From NCBI GenBank assembly GCA_963727145.1, contig CAVSFA010000015.1:82731-146730 (forward strand): 64,000 nt of DNA. The letters run 5' to 3'. Source of the DNA: an uncultured beta proteobacterium (GTDB taxonomy: Bacteria; Pseudomonadota; Gammaproteobacteria; Burkholderiales; Casimicrobiaceae). Within the stretch, counting starts at the first letter, position 1. Each line of letters begins with the position of its first letter. The translations under genes and the position numbers were made by a program. The notes below the pieces were generated by a model. The model searched no databases. It was not told the origin of the DNA and was given only the letters and a program-made list of their open reading frames with translations. Below, one piece after another: positions 1 to 12,006 of the stretch.

Positions 1-576
1 GGATCGTCGAGGAGGCTCTTCGCGGCGAGATGCGCCTCGCCCATTTGCTGCAGGAGCTCGCGCATGTTCTGCGCACCGGCCCCGGACGCGGCCTGATAGG
101 TCATGCAGGTCATCCATTCGACGAGGTCCCGCTGGAAGCAGGCCGGCGAGCGCCATCACCATCAGGCTGACCGTACAGTTGCCGCCGATGTAGTTCCTGA
201 TGCCCTTCGCGAGGGCGGCGTCGATCACGTTGCGATTGACTGGATCGAGGATGATCACCGCGTCATCGGCCATCCGCATTGCGGACGCCGCATCGATCCA
301 GTAGCCCTTCCATCCGGCGGCACGCAGCTTCGGCGCGACGTCGGCGGTGTAGTCGCCGCCCTGGCAGGTGACGATGACATCGAGCGCGGCGAGGGCGTTG
401 ATGTCGTGCGCACTCTTGACAGGCGGCGTCGCCCTGCCGATGTCGGGCCCCTTGCCGCCGACGGTCGAGGCCGAGAAGAACTCCGGTTCGATCAGCTCAA
501 AGTCGCGCTCGGCGCGCATCCGCTCCATGAGCACCGACCCGACCATGCCGCGCCAACCGACGAAACCGACTCGCAT
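1..576 (-). CDS. asd: aspartate-semialdehyde dehydrogenase, N-terminal part (rest lies beyond window start)
   Basis: Absent from the ORF track because it is open at the window edge. The reverse complement of 481-576 reads [32 protein letters not shown], a canonical Asd N-terminus. It lies downstream of leuB as in leuCDB-asd clusters. Confidence 0.8.
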   Translation of the reverse strand, partial: MRVGFVGWRGMVGSVLMERMRAERDFELIEPEFFSASTVGGKGPDIGRATPPVKSAHDINALAALDVIVTCQGGDYTADVAPKLRAAGWKGYWIDAASAMRMADDAVIILDPVNRNVIDAALAKGIRNYIGGNCTVSLMVMALAGLLPAGPRRMDDLHDLSGRVRGRCAEHARAPAANGRGASRREEPPRRS

Positions 577-897
577 TGCGCCCACCCTTTTCCGAAGCCC
601 CGCGTCCCGGCCCGCCCCCGGGACCGCTCGCGGAGGCGACAGCGGAACCGAGGCGACCGGTCAGGTCGTCTTGATCGACGTGATTTTCGAGCTGCGGCCG
701 CGCGTAGTGACCGTGCGCGCGCCGGCGTCCGCGCCGCATGAGCGCCGCAGGGCCGCCCCAAGGCGCGAATTGCTCCCCCTCGGAGGGCAGCGCAGCGGCG
801 ACAGCCGCAAGCGTGGGGACGCCCAATACCTGCATGGCGGGGCGAGGACCTGCAAACCGGCGGGGCAACCGTCCATAACTTCCCATCCTAGCATGGA

Positions 898-1974
898 TCA
901 AGCGCCATGTTGCAATGCAGCAACGACGGCGTCGCCCATCGCGCGTGTCCCGACCACGCGCTCGCCCGCGAGCGCGATGTCGCCGCTGCGCTGTCCGGAC
1001 CGCAAAACCGCGCGCACGGCGCTCTCGATGCGGTCGGCCAGGTCAGCGCGCGCGAACGTGTAGCGGAACATCATCGCGAGCGACAGGATCGTCGCCAGCG
1101 GATTCGCCTTGTCCTGCCCGGCGATGTCGGGCGCCGAGCCGTGGATCGGCTCGTAGAGGCCCTTGCCCGACGCGTCGAGCGACGCGGAGGGCAGCATGCC
1201 GATCGACCCGGCGAGCATCGAGGCCTCGTCCGACAGGATGTCGCCGAAGAGATTGCCGGTCACGATCACGTCGAACTGCTTCGGGTTGCGCACGAGCTGC
1301 ATCGCAGCGTTGTCGACATACATGTGCGTCAGCGCGACGTCGGGATAATCGCGGGCGCTCGCGGTCACGACCTCGCGCCACAGGATGCTGGTGTCGAGCA
1401 CGTTGGCCTTGTCGACCGAGCACAGCCGCTTGCCGCGTTTGCGCGCGATCTCGAATCCTACCCGCGCGATGCGCCGGATCTCGGAGGCGCCGTAGTGCAT
1501 CGTGTCGTAGCCCTCGTCCTCGCCCGCGGCGTTCTTGCGCCGGCCCCGCGGCTCACCGAAATAGATGTCGCCGGTCAGCTCGCGCACGATCATCAGGTCG
1601 AGGCCGGACACGACGTCGGCCTTGAGCGTCGAGACCGCCGCAAGCTCGGGATAGAGCAGCGCCGGGCGCAGATTTGCAAACAGTGCCAGCGCCTTGCGAA
1701 TCCCGAGGATCCCCTGCTCCGGCCGCAGGGCGCGCGGCAGCGCGTCGTATTGCGGACCGCCGACCGCGCCGAGCAGCACGGCATCCGCCGCGCGAGCGAG
1801 CGCGAGCGTCGTCTCCGGGAGCGGATGCTTCGCGGCGTCATAGCCCGCACCGCCGATCGGCGCCGATTCCGTCTCGATCGGCAGCCCTTCGCGATGAAGC
1901 GCGTCGAGCACTTTGACCGCTTCGCGGACGATCTCCGGGCCGATGCCGTCGCCAGCCAGGACGGCGATCTTCAT
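898..1974 (-). CDS. leuB: 3-isopropylmalate dehydrogenase
   Basis: 358-aa intact ORF. The N-terminus [16 protein letters not shown] and overall sequence are typical of LeuB. It follows leuD on the same strand. Confidence 0.95.
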   Translation of the reverse strand: MKIAVLAGDGIGPEIVREAVKVLDALHREGLPIETESAPIGGAGYDAAKHPLPETTLALARAADAVLLGAVGGPQYDALPRALRPEQGILGIRKALALFANLRPALLYPELAAVSTLKADVVSGLDLMIVRELTGDIYFGEPRGRRKNAAGEDEGYDTMHYGASEIRRIARVGFEIARKRGKRLCSVDKANVLDTSILWREVVTASARDYPDVALTHMYVDNAAMQLVRNPKQFDVIVTGNLFGDILSDEASMLAGSIGMLPSASLDASGKGLYEPIHGSAPDIAGQDKANPLATILSLAMMFRYTFARADLADRIESAVRAVLRSGQRSGDIALAGERVVGTRAMGDAVVAALQHGA

Positions 1975-2005
1975 GGGTGCCGCGCGAGCGGGTCCCGTCG
2001 GGCTC

Positions 2006-2644
2006 CTAGGCGAGCCACGGCGCTTCGCTCAGGCGCTTCGCCTCGAAGGCGCGGATTTCTTCCGCGTGCTCGAGCGTGAGGCCGATGTCGTCCAATCCAT
2101 TGAGAAGGCAATGCCTGCGGAAAGGCTCGATCTCGAAGGCGAACGTCATCGAGCCGTCGGGCGCCGCAACGGTCTGCCGCTCGAGGTCGACAGTCAAGCG
2201 GAAGCCGGGGAACGCCCCGACTGCGGCGAATAGCGCGTCGACCTCCGCCTCGGAAAGCGCGACGGGCAAGAGGCCGTTCTTGCAGCAGTTGTTGAAAAAG
2301 ATGTCGGCGTACGACGGCGCGACCAGCGCGCGAAACCCGTAATCGACGAGCGCCCACGGCGCGTGCTCGCGCGAGCTGCCGCAACCGAAATTGCGGCGCG
2401 CGAGCAGGATCTGCGCGCCCTGATACCGCGGATCGTTGAGGACGAAGTCGGGGTTCTTCTGCCGGCCCGCAGACTCCATCCCCGGCTCGCCGTGATCGAG
2501 GTAGCGCCACGCATCGAACAAGTTGGGGCCGAAACCGGAGCGCTTGATCGATTTCAGGAACTGCTTCGGAATGATCGCGTCGGTGTCGACGTTGGCGCGG
2601 TCGAGTGGCGCGACGAGCCCGGTCAATGTGCGGAACGGTTGCAT
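2006..2644 (-). CDS. leuD: 3-isopropylmalate dehydratase small subunit
   Basis: 212-aa intact ORF ([31 protein letters not shown]...), a typical LeuD. Confidence 0.95.
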   Translation of the reverse strand: MQPFRTLTGLVAPLDRANVDTDAIIPKQFLKSIKRSGFGPNLFDAWRYLDHGEPGMESAGRQKNPDFVLNDPRYQGAQILLARRNFGCGSSREHAPWALVDYGFRALVAPSYADIFFNNCCKNGLLPVALSEAEVDALFAAVGAFPGFRLTVDLERQTVAAPDGSMTFAFEIEPFRRHCLLNGLDDIGLTLEHAEEIRAFEAKRLSEAPWLA

Positions 2645-2793
2645 CAGTAGGGCTTGGTCTTTTCGGCGGCCTTCTCGACCGCGCCGCCGGCGGCCTTCAC
2701 GTCCTTGCCCATGCCTTCGATGGTGTTGCAGCCGACGGCACCGGCGACGAATCCCATTAACGCGATCAACGCGGCGAGTTTCTTCTGCACCAC
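2644..2793 (-). CDS. small entericidin-like lipoprotein
   Basis: Small ORF between leuC and leuD. A GTG start follows GGGAGGA. It has a signal/lipobox-like [11 protein letters not shown] followed by a Gly/Lys/Ala-rich tail. The start codon choice is uncertain. Confidence 0.55.
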   Translation of the reverse strand: MVQKKLAALIALMGFVAGAVGCNTIEGMGKDVKAAGGAVEKAAEKTKPY

Positions 2794-2809
2794 GGTTTCC
2801 TCCCGATAG

Positions 2810-4219
2810 CTACGAAATCCGACGCACATCGACGAAATGCCCGGCGACCGCCGCGGCCGCAGCCATCGCGGGACTCACGAGGTGCGTGCGGCCGCCCGCG
2901 CCTTGCCGGCCCTCGAAATTGCGGTTGGACGTCGACGCGCAGCGCTCGCCCGGCGAAAGGCGGTCGTCATTCATCCCGAGGCACATCGAGCAGCCCGGCT
3001 CGCGCCACTCGAACCCGGCGTCGCGGAACACGCGATCGAGACCTTCGCGTTCCGCCTGCGCCTTGACGAGGCCGGATCCCGGAACGACCAGCGCGAGCTT
3101 GACGTTGGCCGCGACACGGCGCCCGCGCGCGACCACCGCCGCTGCGCGCAGGTCCTCGATCCGCGAGTTCGTGCACGAGCCGATGAACACCTTGTCGATC
3201 GCGATGTCGGCGATCGGCGTATTGGGCGCGAGACCCATGTACGCAAGCGCGCGCTCCATGCCTTCGCGGCGTGCCGCGTCCTTTTCCCTGTCCGGGTCCG
3301 GCACGCGATCCTCGATCGACACCACCATCTCGGGCGACGTACCCCAAGTGACCTGGGGCTTCAGCTGCCCCGCTTCGAGCGTCACGACGCGATCGAAAGT
3401 CGCTCCGTCGTCGCTGTGGAGCGTTCGCCAGTGCGCAACCGCACGGTCCCAAAGCTCCGCCGCCGGCGCGAACGGACGCCCGCGCAGATATTCGATCGTC
3501 ACGTCGTCGACGCCGATCATGCCGGCGCGCGCGCCGGCCTCGATCGCCATGTTGCAGATCGTCATTCGCGCTTCCATCGACAGCGCGCGGATTGCGCTGC
3601 CGCCGAATTCGATCGCGTGGCCGGTGCCACCAGCGGTGCCGATCTTCCCGATCACCGCGAGCGCCAGGTCCTTCGCCGTGACGCCTGTCGGCAGCCTGCC
3701 ATCGGCGCGCACCAGCATCGACTTCGCCTTCTTGATGAGCAGGCATTGCGTGGCGAGCACGTGCTCGACTTCGGAGGTGCCGATGCCGAATGCGAGCGCG
3801 GCGAACGCGCCGTGCGTGCTCGTGTGCGAGTCGCCGCAGACGACGGTCATCCCAGGAAGCGTCGCCCCGTGCTCGGGGCCGATCACGTGGACGATTCCCT
3901 GTCGCTTGTCGCGAAACGGGAAGTACGCCTTGGCGCCGTGCGCGCGGATGTTGGCGTCGAGGGTCTCAACCTGCAGGCGCGATATCGGGTCGTCGATGCC
4001 GCGATCCCAGTGCTGCGTCGGAGTGTTGTGGTCGGCGGTCGCGACGATCGAGCTCGGCCGCCACGGCTTGCGGCCGGCGAGCTTCAGGCCTTCGAACGCC
4101 TGCGGACTCGTCACTTCGTGGACGAGATGGCGGTCGACGTAGAGGAGCGCCGTGCCGTCCGCCTCGGTGCGGACGACGTGGCTGTCCCATAGCTTGTCGT
4201 AGAGGGTGCGCGCGAGCAT
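2810..4219 (-). CDS. leuC: 3-isopropylmalate dehydratase large subunit
   Basis: 469-aa intact ORF with aconitase-family motifs ([24 protein letters not shown]). Confidence 0.95.
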   Translation of the reverse strand: MLARTLYDKLWDSHVVRTEADGTALLYVDRHLVHEVTSPQAFEGLKLAGRKPWRPSSIVATADHNTPTQHWDRGIDDPISRLQVETLDANIRAHGAKAYFPFRDKRQGIVHVIGPEHGATLPGMTVVCGDSHTSTHGAFAALAFGIGTSEVEHVLATQCLLIKKAKSMLVRADGRLPTGVTAKDLALAVIGKIGTAGGTGHAIEFGGSAIRALSMEARMTICNMAIEAGARAGMIGVDDVTIEYLRGRPFAPAAELWDRAVAHWRTLHSDDGATFDRVVTLEAGQLKPQVTWGTSPEMVVSIEDRVPDPDREKDAARREGMERALAYMGLAPNTPIADIAIDKVFIGSCTNSRIEDLRAAAVVARGRRVAANVKLALVVPGSGLVKAQAEREGLDRVFRDAGFEWREPGCSMCLGMNDDRLSPGERCASTSNRNFEGRQGAGGRTHLVSPAMAAAAAVAGHFVDVRRIS

Positions 4220-4270
4220 GGTCGCTGATATGACCCGACCGGAGCCGACCGGTTCGCGTCCAGCTGCAAA

Positions 4271-5248
4271 TTATAGCGCCGTCGTACGCCCTCCCGCGGG
4301 GGACGCTTCCGGCGCGAGCGGGGCGGGCAAGCCGCGCGTCGCGAGGAACTCGCCGACGGCTTCGGCGAGCCCCGGGGCGTCCGGATCGAACGGCGTCGCG
4401 AGCGTCGCCCGCAGCCAGGTGACCTGGCGCTTCGCGAGCTGGCGGGTTGCGGCAATGCCTTTGGCGCGCAGGGTCGGGGTGTCGATCCGGCCCTCGAGAA
4501 ATTCCCACGCCTGTCGATATCCGACGCAGCGCATCGATGGCAGGCCGGGCGAGAGCGGGTGCTGCGCGCGCAGGCGCCGCAATTCGTCGACGAGGCCGGC
4601 TTCGAGCATCGCGTCGAAACGTTCGGCGATCGCCGCGTGCAGGCGCGCACGGTCCGCGGGAACGAGCGCGACCGCGATCGTTGGGCCGAGTCCATCGCCG
4701 GCCGCGCGCGTACCCTGGAGACGCGAGAGCGGAATGCCGGTGAGCGCGTGCACTTCGAGCGCACGCTGGATGCGCTGCGCGTCCATCGGCTCGAGCCGCG
4801 ATGCGGTCGCGGCGTCGACCTTCGCAAGCTCTGCATGCAGCGCGGGCCAACCTTCGAGGGCGGCGCGCGCATCGATCGCAGCTCGCGTCGCCGGATCAGC
4901 CGCGGGAAGTGCGCTCAAGCCCTCGACCAGTGCCTTGAAATACAGCATCGTCCCGCCGGTGACGAGCGGCACGCGCCCGCGTGCGCGGATGGCCGCGATC
5001 GCAGCGAGCGCGTCGGAGCGGAAACGCGCGGCCGAATACGCGTCGGTTGGCTCGAGGCTGTCGATCAAGTGGTGGGGAATGCGCGCACGCGTCGCCCGAT
5101 CGGGCTTCGCCGTGCCGATGTCCATGCCGCGATAGATCTGCGCCGAGTCGACGCTCACGATCTCGACGCGAAAGCGCTCGGCCAGGGCGAGCGCGAGCGC
5201 GCTCTTGCCCGATGCCGTCGGGCCCATCAGCAGCACCGCGGGAATCAT
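4271..5248 (-). CDS. miaA: tRNA dimethylallyltransferase
   Basis: 325-aa intact ORF with P-loop GPTASGKS and [16 protein letters not shown], typical of MiaA. Adjacent to mutL. Confidence 0.93.
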   Translation of the reverse strand: MIPAVLLMGPTASGKSALALALAERFRVEIVSVDSAQIYRGMDIGTAKPDRATRARIPHHLIDSLEPTDAYSAARFRSDALAAIAAIRARGRVPLVTGGTMLYFKALVEGLSALPAADPATRAAIDARAALEGWPALHAELAKVDAATASRLEPMDAQRIQRALEVHALTGIPLSRLQGTRAAGDGLGPTIAVALVPADRARLHAAIAERFDAMLEAGLVDELRRLRAQHPLSPGLPSMRCVGYRQAWEFLEGRIDTPTLRAKGIAATRQLAKRQVTWLRATLATPFDPDAPGLAEAVGEFLATRGLPAPLAPEASPAGGRTTAL

Positions 5249-5260
5249 CTCGCCCTTCGG

Positions 5261-7066
5261 TCAGCGGCCGCGCATGAACAACTTGTCCAGGTCCGCGAGC
5301 GTCAGCTGGTACCACGTCGGCCGGCCGTGATTGCACTGGCCCGCGCGCTCGGTCGCTTCCATTGCGCGCAGCAGCGCATTCATTTCCGGCAGCGTGAGAC
5401 TCCGATTGGCGCGAACGGCCGCGTGGCAGGCCATCGTCGACAGCAGCTCGTCGCGGTGTGCAGCGAGCACCTCGCTGCCGCCGTATTCGCGCAGCTCCGA
5501 CAGCACGGCCTTGGCGAGCGCTGCCGCGTCCGCGTCGGCGAGCGGCGCCGGGATCCCCCGCACTGCGAGCGTCGCGGGGCCGAGCGCGGTGATTGCGAAC
5601 CCCAGGCGATCGAGCGCGTCGGCGTGCTCTTCGGCCGCGGCGACTTCGAGCGGCGATGCCGCGAACGTCGCAGGCACCAGCAGCGGCTGTATCGACACGC
5701 GGCCGCTGTGCGCGGACTTCATGCGCTCGTAGACGATCCGTTCATGCGCCGCGTGCATGTCGATCAGCACCAGCCCGGCGCGGTTCTGTGCGAGCACGTA
5801 GATGCCGTGCAGTTGCGCCAGCGCGAATCCGAGCGGCTCGCCCTCGCCGGTGTCCGGGAGGTCCGGCCCGTCACCCCGCATCGGCTCGCGCGTGCCGAAC
5901 AGCCGCGCGTAAAACGCAGTCGCTTCGCCGGCCGGCAGCATCATCGCCGCCTGCTGCGGCGCGGCGTAGGGGAGCGGTCGCAGCGGCGCGACGCCCGATC
6001 CGTGCGTCGACGGTGCGAACGGCGGCGTGCGCGCGGCGGCGAGGCCGAGCTTGTCGGCGGCGGAAACCGCCGGCTGCTCCGCGCCGGTCGTAGCGAGAGC
6101 ATGCTCGACCGCATGGCGGACGAACTCGTGCACCGCACCCGACTCGCGAAAGCGCACTTCGGTCTTCTGCGGATGCACGTTGACGTCGACCAGGCGTGGG
6201 TCGAGCGTGAGCCACAGCGCATACGCCGGCTGGCGGTCGTGATGCAGCACGTCGCGATAGGCCTCGCGCAGCGCATGCGCGAGCACGCGGTCGCGCACGT
6301 AGCGCCCGTTGACGAATGCATACTGGCCTGCGCCCGCCGCCGCGTAGGCTGGGCGCACGGCGAAGCCCGCGATTGCGAGCGGCCCGGCGCGCGCGTCGAC
6401 CAGCGCAGCGGCTTCGACGAACCCGTCGCCGAGCAGCGCCTCGACCCGCGCGCGGCGGCCTTGCGCGAGCAGGCGGTGGACCACGCGTGCATTGTGCTGC
6501 AGCGTGAAGCCCACGTCCGGATGCGCGAGCGCGATCCGCCGGAACGCCTCGTCGCAGTGTCCCCACTCGGTCGCCTCGGTGCGCAGGAATTTCCGGCGCG
6601 CGGGCGTGTTGTAGTAGAGCTCCTGCACGGTGACCGTGGTGCCGGCGGCGAGCGCTGCGGGCGCCGTCGTTCCCACGCTGCCGCCGTCCACTTCGATCCG
6701 CCAGGCGTGCGGCCGGCCGGCGGCGCGCGATGCGAGCGCGAGGCGCGAGACCGCGGCTATGGAGGCGAGCGCCTCGCCGCGAAATCCGAGCGTCGCGATC
6801 GCCACCAGATCGTCGGGCGTTGCAAGCTTCGACGTCGCATGACGCGCCACGGCTAGGGGCAATTCCTCGCGCTCGATTCCGGCGCCGTTGTCGGCGACGC
6901 GGATCCGCTGGATGCCGCCACCGGCGAGATCGACGTCGATCTGCGTCGCGCCCGAATCGAGCGCGTTCTCGAGCAACTCCTTGAGCGCAGCCGCCGGACG
7001 TTCGACGACCTCGCCGGCGGCGATCTGATTGATCAGGTGATCGGGCAGCGCGCGGATCGCCGGCAT
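5261..7066 (-). CDS. mutL: DNA mismatch repair protein MutL
   Basis: The ORF 5261..7225 contains MPAIRALPDHLINQIAAGEVVERPAAALKELLENALDSGA starting at the ATG at 7066 (checked in sequence). The upstream 53 codons look like non-coding read-through. Confidence 0.9.
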   Translation of the reverse strand: MPAIRALPDHLINQIAAGEVVERPAAALKELLENALDSGATQIDVDLAGGGIQRIRVADNGAGIEREELPLAVARHATSKLATPDDLVAIATLGFRGEALASIAAVSRLALASRAAGRPHAWRIEVDGGSVGTTAPAALAAGTTVTVQELYYNTPARRKFLRTEATEWGHCDEAFRRIALAHPDVGFTLQHNARVVHRLLAQGRRARVEALLGDGFVEAAALVDARAGPLAIAGFAVRPAYAAAGAGQYAFVNGRYVRDRVLAHALREAYRDVLHHDRQPAYALWLTLDPRLVDVNVHPQKTEVRFRESGAVHEFVRHAVEHALATTGAEQPAVSAADKLGLAAARTPPFAPSTHGSGVAPLRPLPYAAPQQAAMMLPAGEATAFYARLFGTREPMRGDGPDLPDTGEGEPLGFALAQLHGIYVLAQNRAGLVLIDMHAAHERIVYERMKSAHSGRVSIQPLLVPATFAASPLEVAAAEEHADALDRLGFAITALGPATLAVRGIPAPLADADAAALAKAVLSELREYGGSEVLAAHRDELLSTMACHAAVRANRSLTLPEMNALLRAMEATERAGQCNHGRPTWYQLTLADLDKLFMRGR

Positions 7067-7068
7067 GT

Positions 7069-7779
7069 CTAGCGCCGCAATCCTGCCGCCCACCGCGCAT
7101 AGACGTCGTCGGCAACGGCATTGAGCCGCGCAACCCGCGCGGCGAGGTCGCGCCGGATGTCGCTCGCCGATTGCGCCGCCGCCGACGACTCCGCCGGGAG
7201 CTCGTCGATGCCCGTCGCAAGCCACGCTTCGACGAGATCAGGCGTCATTTCGACGTGACACTGAAGCCCGATGTGACGATCGTCGATCACGTACGCCTGG
7301 TTTTCGTTGTGCGTGTTCGCGAGAACGCGCGTGGCGCCAGGCGGCAGCACGAACGTTTCGTAATGCCATTGGAACGCCGTGAACGCACCGCGGTCGCCGA
7401 ACCACTCGCGCCGCGCATCGGCATCCGTCGTCGCGACGTCGATCCAGCCGATCTCGGCGACCGCGGCCCGTGTCACGGGCGCGCCCAGCGCCTGCGCGAG
7501 CAATTGGCCCCCCAGGCAATGGCCGATCACCGGAACCCGTGCCGCGACCGCGTCGCGCAAGAGCGACACAACGGGCGCGTTCCATGGCAGCGCGTCGTTG
7601 ACGCTCATCGGTCCGCCCATCATCGCGATGCCGGCGAACGCGCGCGGATCCTTCGGCACCGGCGCGCCTTCGTCGATCGCGATCGCCTGCCAGCGCAGGC
7701 CGCGGGCATCGAGCCAGTCGGCGAAATATGCGGGGCCTTCGGTCGGTGAGAAGCGCAGGATGGCGACGGGGCGCGTCAC
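7069..7779 (-). CDS. class I glutamine amidotransferase-like protein
   Basis: 236-aa intact ORF. The nucleophile-elbow context VIGHCLGGQLLA and the later HVE region are typical of the GATase1 (GuaA-like N-terminal) family. Confidence 0.75.
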   Translation of the reverse strand: MTRPVAILRFSPTEGPAYFADWLDARGLRWQAIAIDEGAPVPKDPRAFAGIAMMGGPMSVNDALPWNAPVVSLLRDAVAARVPVIGHCLGGQLLAQALGAPVTRAAVAEIGWIDVATTDADARREWFGDRGAFTAFQWHYETFVLPPGATRVLANTHNENQAYVIDDRHIGLQCHVEMTPDLVEAWLATGIDELPAESSAAAQSASDIRRDLAARVARLNAVADDVYARWAAGLRR

Positions 7780-7830
7780 GGAAAATCGGAGCTTCGGCGA
7801 CGGTGCGTTGCTGCGAACGCCGACTTGCGG

Positions 7831-8649
7831 TCACATTCCGCGGGCGATGCGGGCGTACGCGGAGTGATTGTGGATCGACTCGAAGTTCTCGGCTTCGACG
7901 GCGAATCCATCGATCCGCGGGTCGGCGGCGAGCCGCGCCGCGACGCCTCGCACCAGATCCTCGACGAATCTGGGATTGTTGTACGCGTACTCGGTCACGT
8001 ATTTTTCGTCAGCCCGCTTGAGGAGCCCGTAGAGCTCGCACGAGGCTTCCTCCTCGGCGACGCGGATGATCTCGGTCAGGAACACCGTCGAGGACGGCCG
8101 CACCGATATGGTTACGAGCGAGCGCTGGTTGTGCGCCCCGTATTCGGAGATTTCCTTCGAGCAAGGGCAAAGCGACGTCACGGGTACGGCCACGGTCAGC
8201 GCCTGGCGGAACTCGCCGCCGTCGAGCTCGCCTTCGAGCCGCACTTCGTAGTCGAGGCGGCTCGCGACGCCCGAAACCGGCGCCGATTTCCGCAGAAAGA
8301 ACGGGAAGGCGATCTCGACCCGTCCTCCCGGCGCCTCGAGCAGCACGACGAGCGCATCGAGGAGCTCGCGGAACGTGGCGACCGACAGCGGCGGCTCGCC
8401 GGGCGCGCTGCGCGACTCGAGCAGAGCGACCAGCCGCGACATGTGCGTCCCCTTGCGGTCCTCGGGCAGCGCAACGTAGACGTTGCAGACGGCGATCGTC
8501 GGTTGCGCAACGCCGTCGGCGTCGACGAACAGCAGCGGATACCGGAGCCCCCGGATGCCGACCTGGTCGATGGCGATGTTGCGCTCGTCCCGCCCCGATT
8601 GGATGTCGGGAATCGGGAACATTGCCTGCGGGCGCTCGGGGCGGTTCAT
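7831..8649 (-). CDS. folE2: GTP cyclohydrolase FolE2 (type IB)
   Basis: FolE2/MptA-type sequence (IPDIQS..., [19 protein letters not shown]). Start taken at MNRPERP (8649). Immediately downstream of dxs. Confidence 0.85.
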   Translation of the reverse strand: MNRPERPQAMFPIPDIQSGRDERNIAIDQVGIRGLRYPLLFVDADGVAQPTIAVCNVYVALPEDRKGTHMSRLVALLESRSAPGEPPLSVATFRELLDALVVLLEAPGGRVEIAFPFFLRKSAPVSGVASRLDYEVRLEGELDGGEFRQALTVAVPVTSLCPCSKEISEYGAHNQRSLVTISVRPSSTVFLTEIIRVAEEEASCELYGLLKRADEKYVTEYAYNNPRFVEDLVRGVAARLAADPRIDGFAVEAENFESIHNHSAYARIARGM

Positions 8650-8677
8650 CGGACGGATTGTAGCGAACGGGCGCCGG

Positions 8678-10567
8678 CTATGCAGCGGGCTTGGCGACCG
8701 CTTCCGGGCGGCGCGGTCCGAAGCGGGTCTGAATCGACTTCGCGATGCCGGCGGCATCGAGTCCGCACTCGGCGAGCAGTTGCGCGGGATCGCCGTGGTC
8801 GATGAACGCGTCGGGGAGCCCCAGATGCAGGATGGGGATCACGATCCCCTCGAGGGCGAGGGCTTCGGCAACGCCGCTTCCCGCACCGCCCATCACCACG
8901 TTCTCCTCGACGGTGACGAGCGCGTCGTGCTCGCGGGCGAGACGCATCACGAGCGCCGCGTCGAGCGGCTTGACGAAGCGCATGTTGGCGACCGTCGCGT
9001 CGAGCTCCTCCGCCGCCGCCAGCGCGTGGCGCAGCACCGCGCCGAACGACAGGATCGCGATGCGGTTCGCCCGACGGGCGCTCTGGCGGCGGATCTCCCC
9101 GCTGCCGACGGGAATCGCCGCCATCTCGCTCGCCGGGACCACGCCCGGGCCCGACCCCCGCGGATAGCGAATGGCCGACGGCGTGTCGAGCGTGAAGCCG
9201 GTGTAGAGCATCTGCCGGCATTCGTTTTCGTCGGCAGGCGCCATCACCGTCATGTTGGGTATGCAGCGCAGGTACGCAAGATCGAAGGCGCCGATGTGCG
9301 TGGCGCCGTCGGCGCCGACGATGCCTGCGCGATCGATCGCGAAGACTACGGGCAGGTTCTGCAGCGCAACGTCGTGGATCAGCTGGTCGTAGGCGCGCTG
9401 CAGGAACGTCGAATAGATCGCCACGACCGGCTTCAACCCCGCGCACGCGAGACCCGCGGCGAAAGTCACTGCGTGCTGCTCGGCGATGCCGACGTCGAAG
9501 TAGCGCGCCGGATATTCCTGCGAAAAGCGCACGAGCCCCGAGCCCTCGCGCATTGCCGGCGTGATCCCGATGACGCGCGCGTCTTTCGCCGCGATGTCGC
9601 ACAGCCAGTCGCCGAAGATCTGCGAGTACGGCGGCTTGGCGGCCGCCTTGGGCGCGTAGCCGACCGCCGGATCGAACTTGGTGACTCCGTGATAGAGAAT
9701 CGGATCGTCCTCGGCGCGGGCGTAGCCGTAGCCTTTCCGGGTGATGACGTGCAGCAGCTGCGGCCCCTTGAGCGCCTTGACGTTGCCGAGCGTGTGCACG
9801 AGCGTGTCGATGTCGTGGCCGTCGATCGGGCCGATGTAGTTGAAGCCGAACTCCTCGAACAGCGTGCCGGGAAGCACCATCCCTTTCATGTGCTCTTCCC
9901 AGCGCTTGGCGAGCTCCTTCACCGGCGGAACCTTCGAGAGGACTTCCTTCCCGCCCCGCCGCATCGTGTTGTAGAAGCGCGATGACAGCAACTTCGCGAG
10001 ATAGGAATTGAGCGCGCCGACGGGCTCCGAGATCGACATCTCGTTGTCGTTCAGGATCACGAGGAGGTCGGCGCTGGCGGCACCGGCGTTGTTGAGCGCC
10101 TCGAACGCCATGCCCGCGCTCATCGCACCGTCGCCGATCACCGCGACGACCTGGCGCGTTTCGCCGAGACGCTGCGCGGCGATCGCCATGCCGAGTGCGG
10201 CCGAAATCGACGTCGACGAATGCGCGGTGCCGAAAGTGTCGTACGGGGACTCGGTGCGCCGCGGGAATCCGGACGGGCCGCCCGCCATCCGCAAGCGGCT
10301 CATCGCGAGCCGTCGGCCGGTCAGGATCTTGTGCGCATACGTCTGGTGGCCGACATCCCAGACGAGGCGGTCGTGCGGGGTGTCGAACACGTAATGCAGG
10401 GCGACGGTCAGCTCGACCGTGCCGAGGTTCGACGACAGGTGCCCGCCCGTCTGCGCCACCGACGTGAGCAGAAACGCGCGCAGCTCGCGTATGAGCTGCG
10501 GCAATTCTTCCCGGTCGAGCTTGCGCAGCGCGGCCGGGGAATCGATCCGTTCGAGCAGCGGATACAT
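8678..10567 (-). CDS. dxs: 1-deoxy-D-xylulose-5-phosphate synthase
   Basis: 629-aa intact ORF ([17 protein letters not shown]..., [28 protein letters not shown]). Confidence 0.95.
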   Translation of the reverse strand: MYPLLERIDSPAALRKLDREELPQLIRELRAFLLTSVAQTGGHLSSNLGTVELTVALHYVFDTPHDRLVWDVGHQTYAHKILTGRRLAMSRLRMAGGPSGFPRRTESPYDTFGTAHSSTSISAALGMAIAAQRLGETRQVVAVIGDGAMSAGMAFEALNNAGAASADLLVILNDNEMSISEPVGALNSYLAKLLSSRFYNTMRRGGKEVLSKVPPVKELAKRWEEHMKGMVLPGTLFEEFGFNYIGPIDGHDIDTLVHTLGNVKALKGPQLLHVITRKGYGYARAEDDPILYHGVTKFDPAVGYAPKAAAKPPYSQIFGDWLCDIAAKDARVIGITPAMREGSGLVRFSQEYPARYFDVGIAEQHAVTFAAGLACAGLKPVVAIYSTFLQRAYDQLIHDVALQNLPVVFAIDRAGIVGADGATHIGAFDLAYLRCIPNMTVMAPADENECRQMLYTGFTLDTPSAIRYPRGSGPGVVPASEMAAIPVGSGEIRRQSARRANRIAILSFGAVLRHALAAAEELDATVANMRFVKPLDAALVMRLAREHDALVTVEENVVMGGAGSGVAEALALEGIVIPILHLGLPDAFIDHGDPAQLLAECGLDAAGIAKSIQTRFGPRRPEAVAKPAA

Positions 10568-10570
10568 GGC

Positions 10571-11459
10571 TCAATGCGTGCGCAGCACGATCCAGTCGGC
10601 GAGCTCGGCCAGGCGGCGGGCGCGGGAGCCGAACGGCAGCAGCGCGGCGTGCGCCTCGAGGCGCAACGCCGCGGCGCGTTCCTTCGCCGGCGCCAGACCG
10701 CAAAGCGACACGAACGTGGGCTTGCCTTGGGCCGCGTCCTTGCCGGCGGTCTTGCCGAGCGAAGCGGCGGAACCTTCGACGTCGAGCACGTCGTCGACGA
10801 TCTGAAACGCGAGCCCGGCCGCGCGTGCATAGGCATCGAGCGCCGCCGCCTCGAAAGCGGTCGGTCCCCGTCCGCACATGGCGCCGATGCGCACCGCGGC
10901 GCTGATCAGGGCGCCGGTCTTGCACGCGTGCATCGTCTCCAGCTCGGGCAGCGTGAGCGCCGCGCCGACCGCGGCGAGATCGATGGCCTGTCCGCCGGCC
11001 ATGCCGCGCGATCCCGACGCCGCTGCGAGCGCGACGCAGGCGCGCCCCGCATCGGGCAGTTCCCCACCGGCCAGTACTTCGAACGCCAATGCCTGCAGGG
11101 CGTCGCCGGCCAGGAGCGCCGTCGCTTCGCCGAATGCGACATGGCATGTCGGCTTGCCCCGCCGGAGCGAGTCGTTGTCCATGCACGGGAGATCGTCGTG
11201 GACGAGCGAGTATGCGTGGACGAGCTCGACGGCAGCCGCGGCCGCATCCACGATGTCGGGATTCGCCTCGCGTGACCTCGCCCGCGGCGTAGGCGAGCAG
11301 CGGGCGCACGCGCTTGCCTCCGCCCAGGACCGCGTAGCGCATCGCCCGGTGGAGCGAATCCGACCGGGCCGTCGCGACGGGCAAGGCGCGGTCGAGCGCA
11401 TGCTCGATGCGGCGCTGCCGCTCGCCCGACCAGATCGCAAAGGCGACGTCAGGATTCAT
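10571..11459 (-). pseudogene. ispA: farnesyl-diphosphate synthase, one frame break near 11266
   Basis: The N-terminus MNPDVAFAIWSGERQRRIEHALD...RPLLAYAAGEV is in one frame. The C-terminal part, with LVHDDLPCMDND and FQIVDDVLD motifs, is in the 10571..11440 ORF. The span length mod 3 is 1. Removing one G from a GG run restores GEVTRANPDIVDAAAAAVE. Confidence 0.85.
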
Positions 11460-11703
11460 CGCTGCCGGCGCTCTCGACGCTCGTGCCCTCGAACGCTTGC
11501 AGCACGCCCTTCTCCAGCACCACGACCTGCTGTTCCGCGTCCTTGAGCGTCGCCTGGCAATACTGGAGCAGCGCGGCCCCGCGCTTGTAGGCGGCAAGCG
11601 ATTCCTTGAGCGGCAGCTCGCCGCTTTCCATCGTCGCGACGATCGCCTCGAGCTCCGCGAGCGCCGCTTCGAAACTTGCAGGGACGTCGGGAGTCTCACC
11701 CAT
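11449..11703 (-). CDS. xseB: exodeoxyribonuclease VII small subunit
   Basis: MGETPDVPASFEAALAELEAIVATMESGELPLKESL... is typical XseB. The ATG at 11703 was verified. It overlaps the ispA start by 11 nt. Confidence 0.88.
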   Translation of the reverse strand: MGETPDVPASFEAALAELEAIVATMESGELPLKESLAAYKRGAALLQYCQATLKDAEQQVVVLEKGVLQAFEGTSVESAGSDES

Positions 11704-12006
11704 CGGAATGCGGAGAATTTCTCGTAGGTGGCCGGAGCCGACACGCAAGGGTCCGCGGCGCCAACAGCCGGCCGGCAGCGAACCGAGCCGAACTGCGAGA
11801 AACCGTCCTTGTCTCTGATTTCCTTACGATATTGCCCCATTTGGTGGGGATCGTTATACTAACACGTTTTGGCGACGCGGCCTCCCACGATCCTCTCGTG
11901 CGGCCGACTTAGCATGGCGGTCCGGGGCGGCAAATGACTGCCGTAATCGTCCCGGGTTGTTGGGTTGGGTTGGTTGTAATTCATCCACGAGAAGGAAGCG
12001 CAGGAC

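Noticed and set aside
4559-6856. 765-aa plus-strand ORF antisense to miaA and mutL; similar cases at 2523..4142, 2837..4192 and 11854..13947
   Set aside because: These ORFs are antisense to, or out of frame with, intact conserved genes. Their composition is dominated by R/A/G/P, and they have no motifs.
8646-11840. 1064-aa ORF on the minus strand spanning dxs, ispA and xseB
   Set aside because: It is Arg/Ala/Gly/Pro-rich with no recognisable motifs. It lies in an alternative frame of three well-supported genes. It is a typical long spurious ORF of high-GC DNA.
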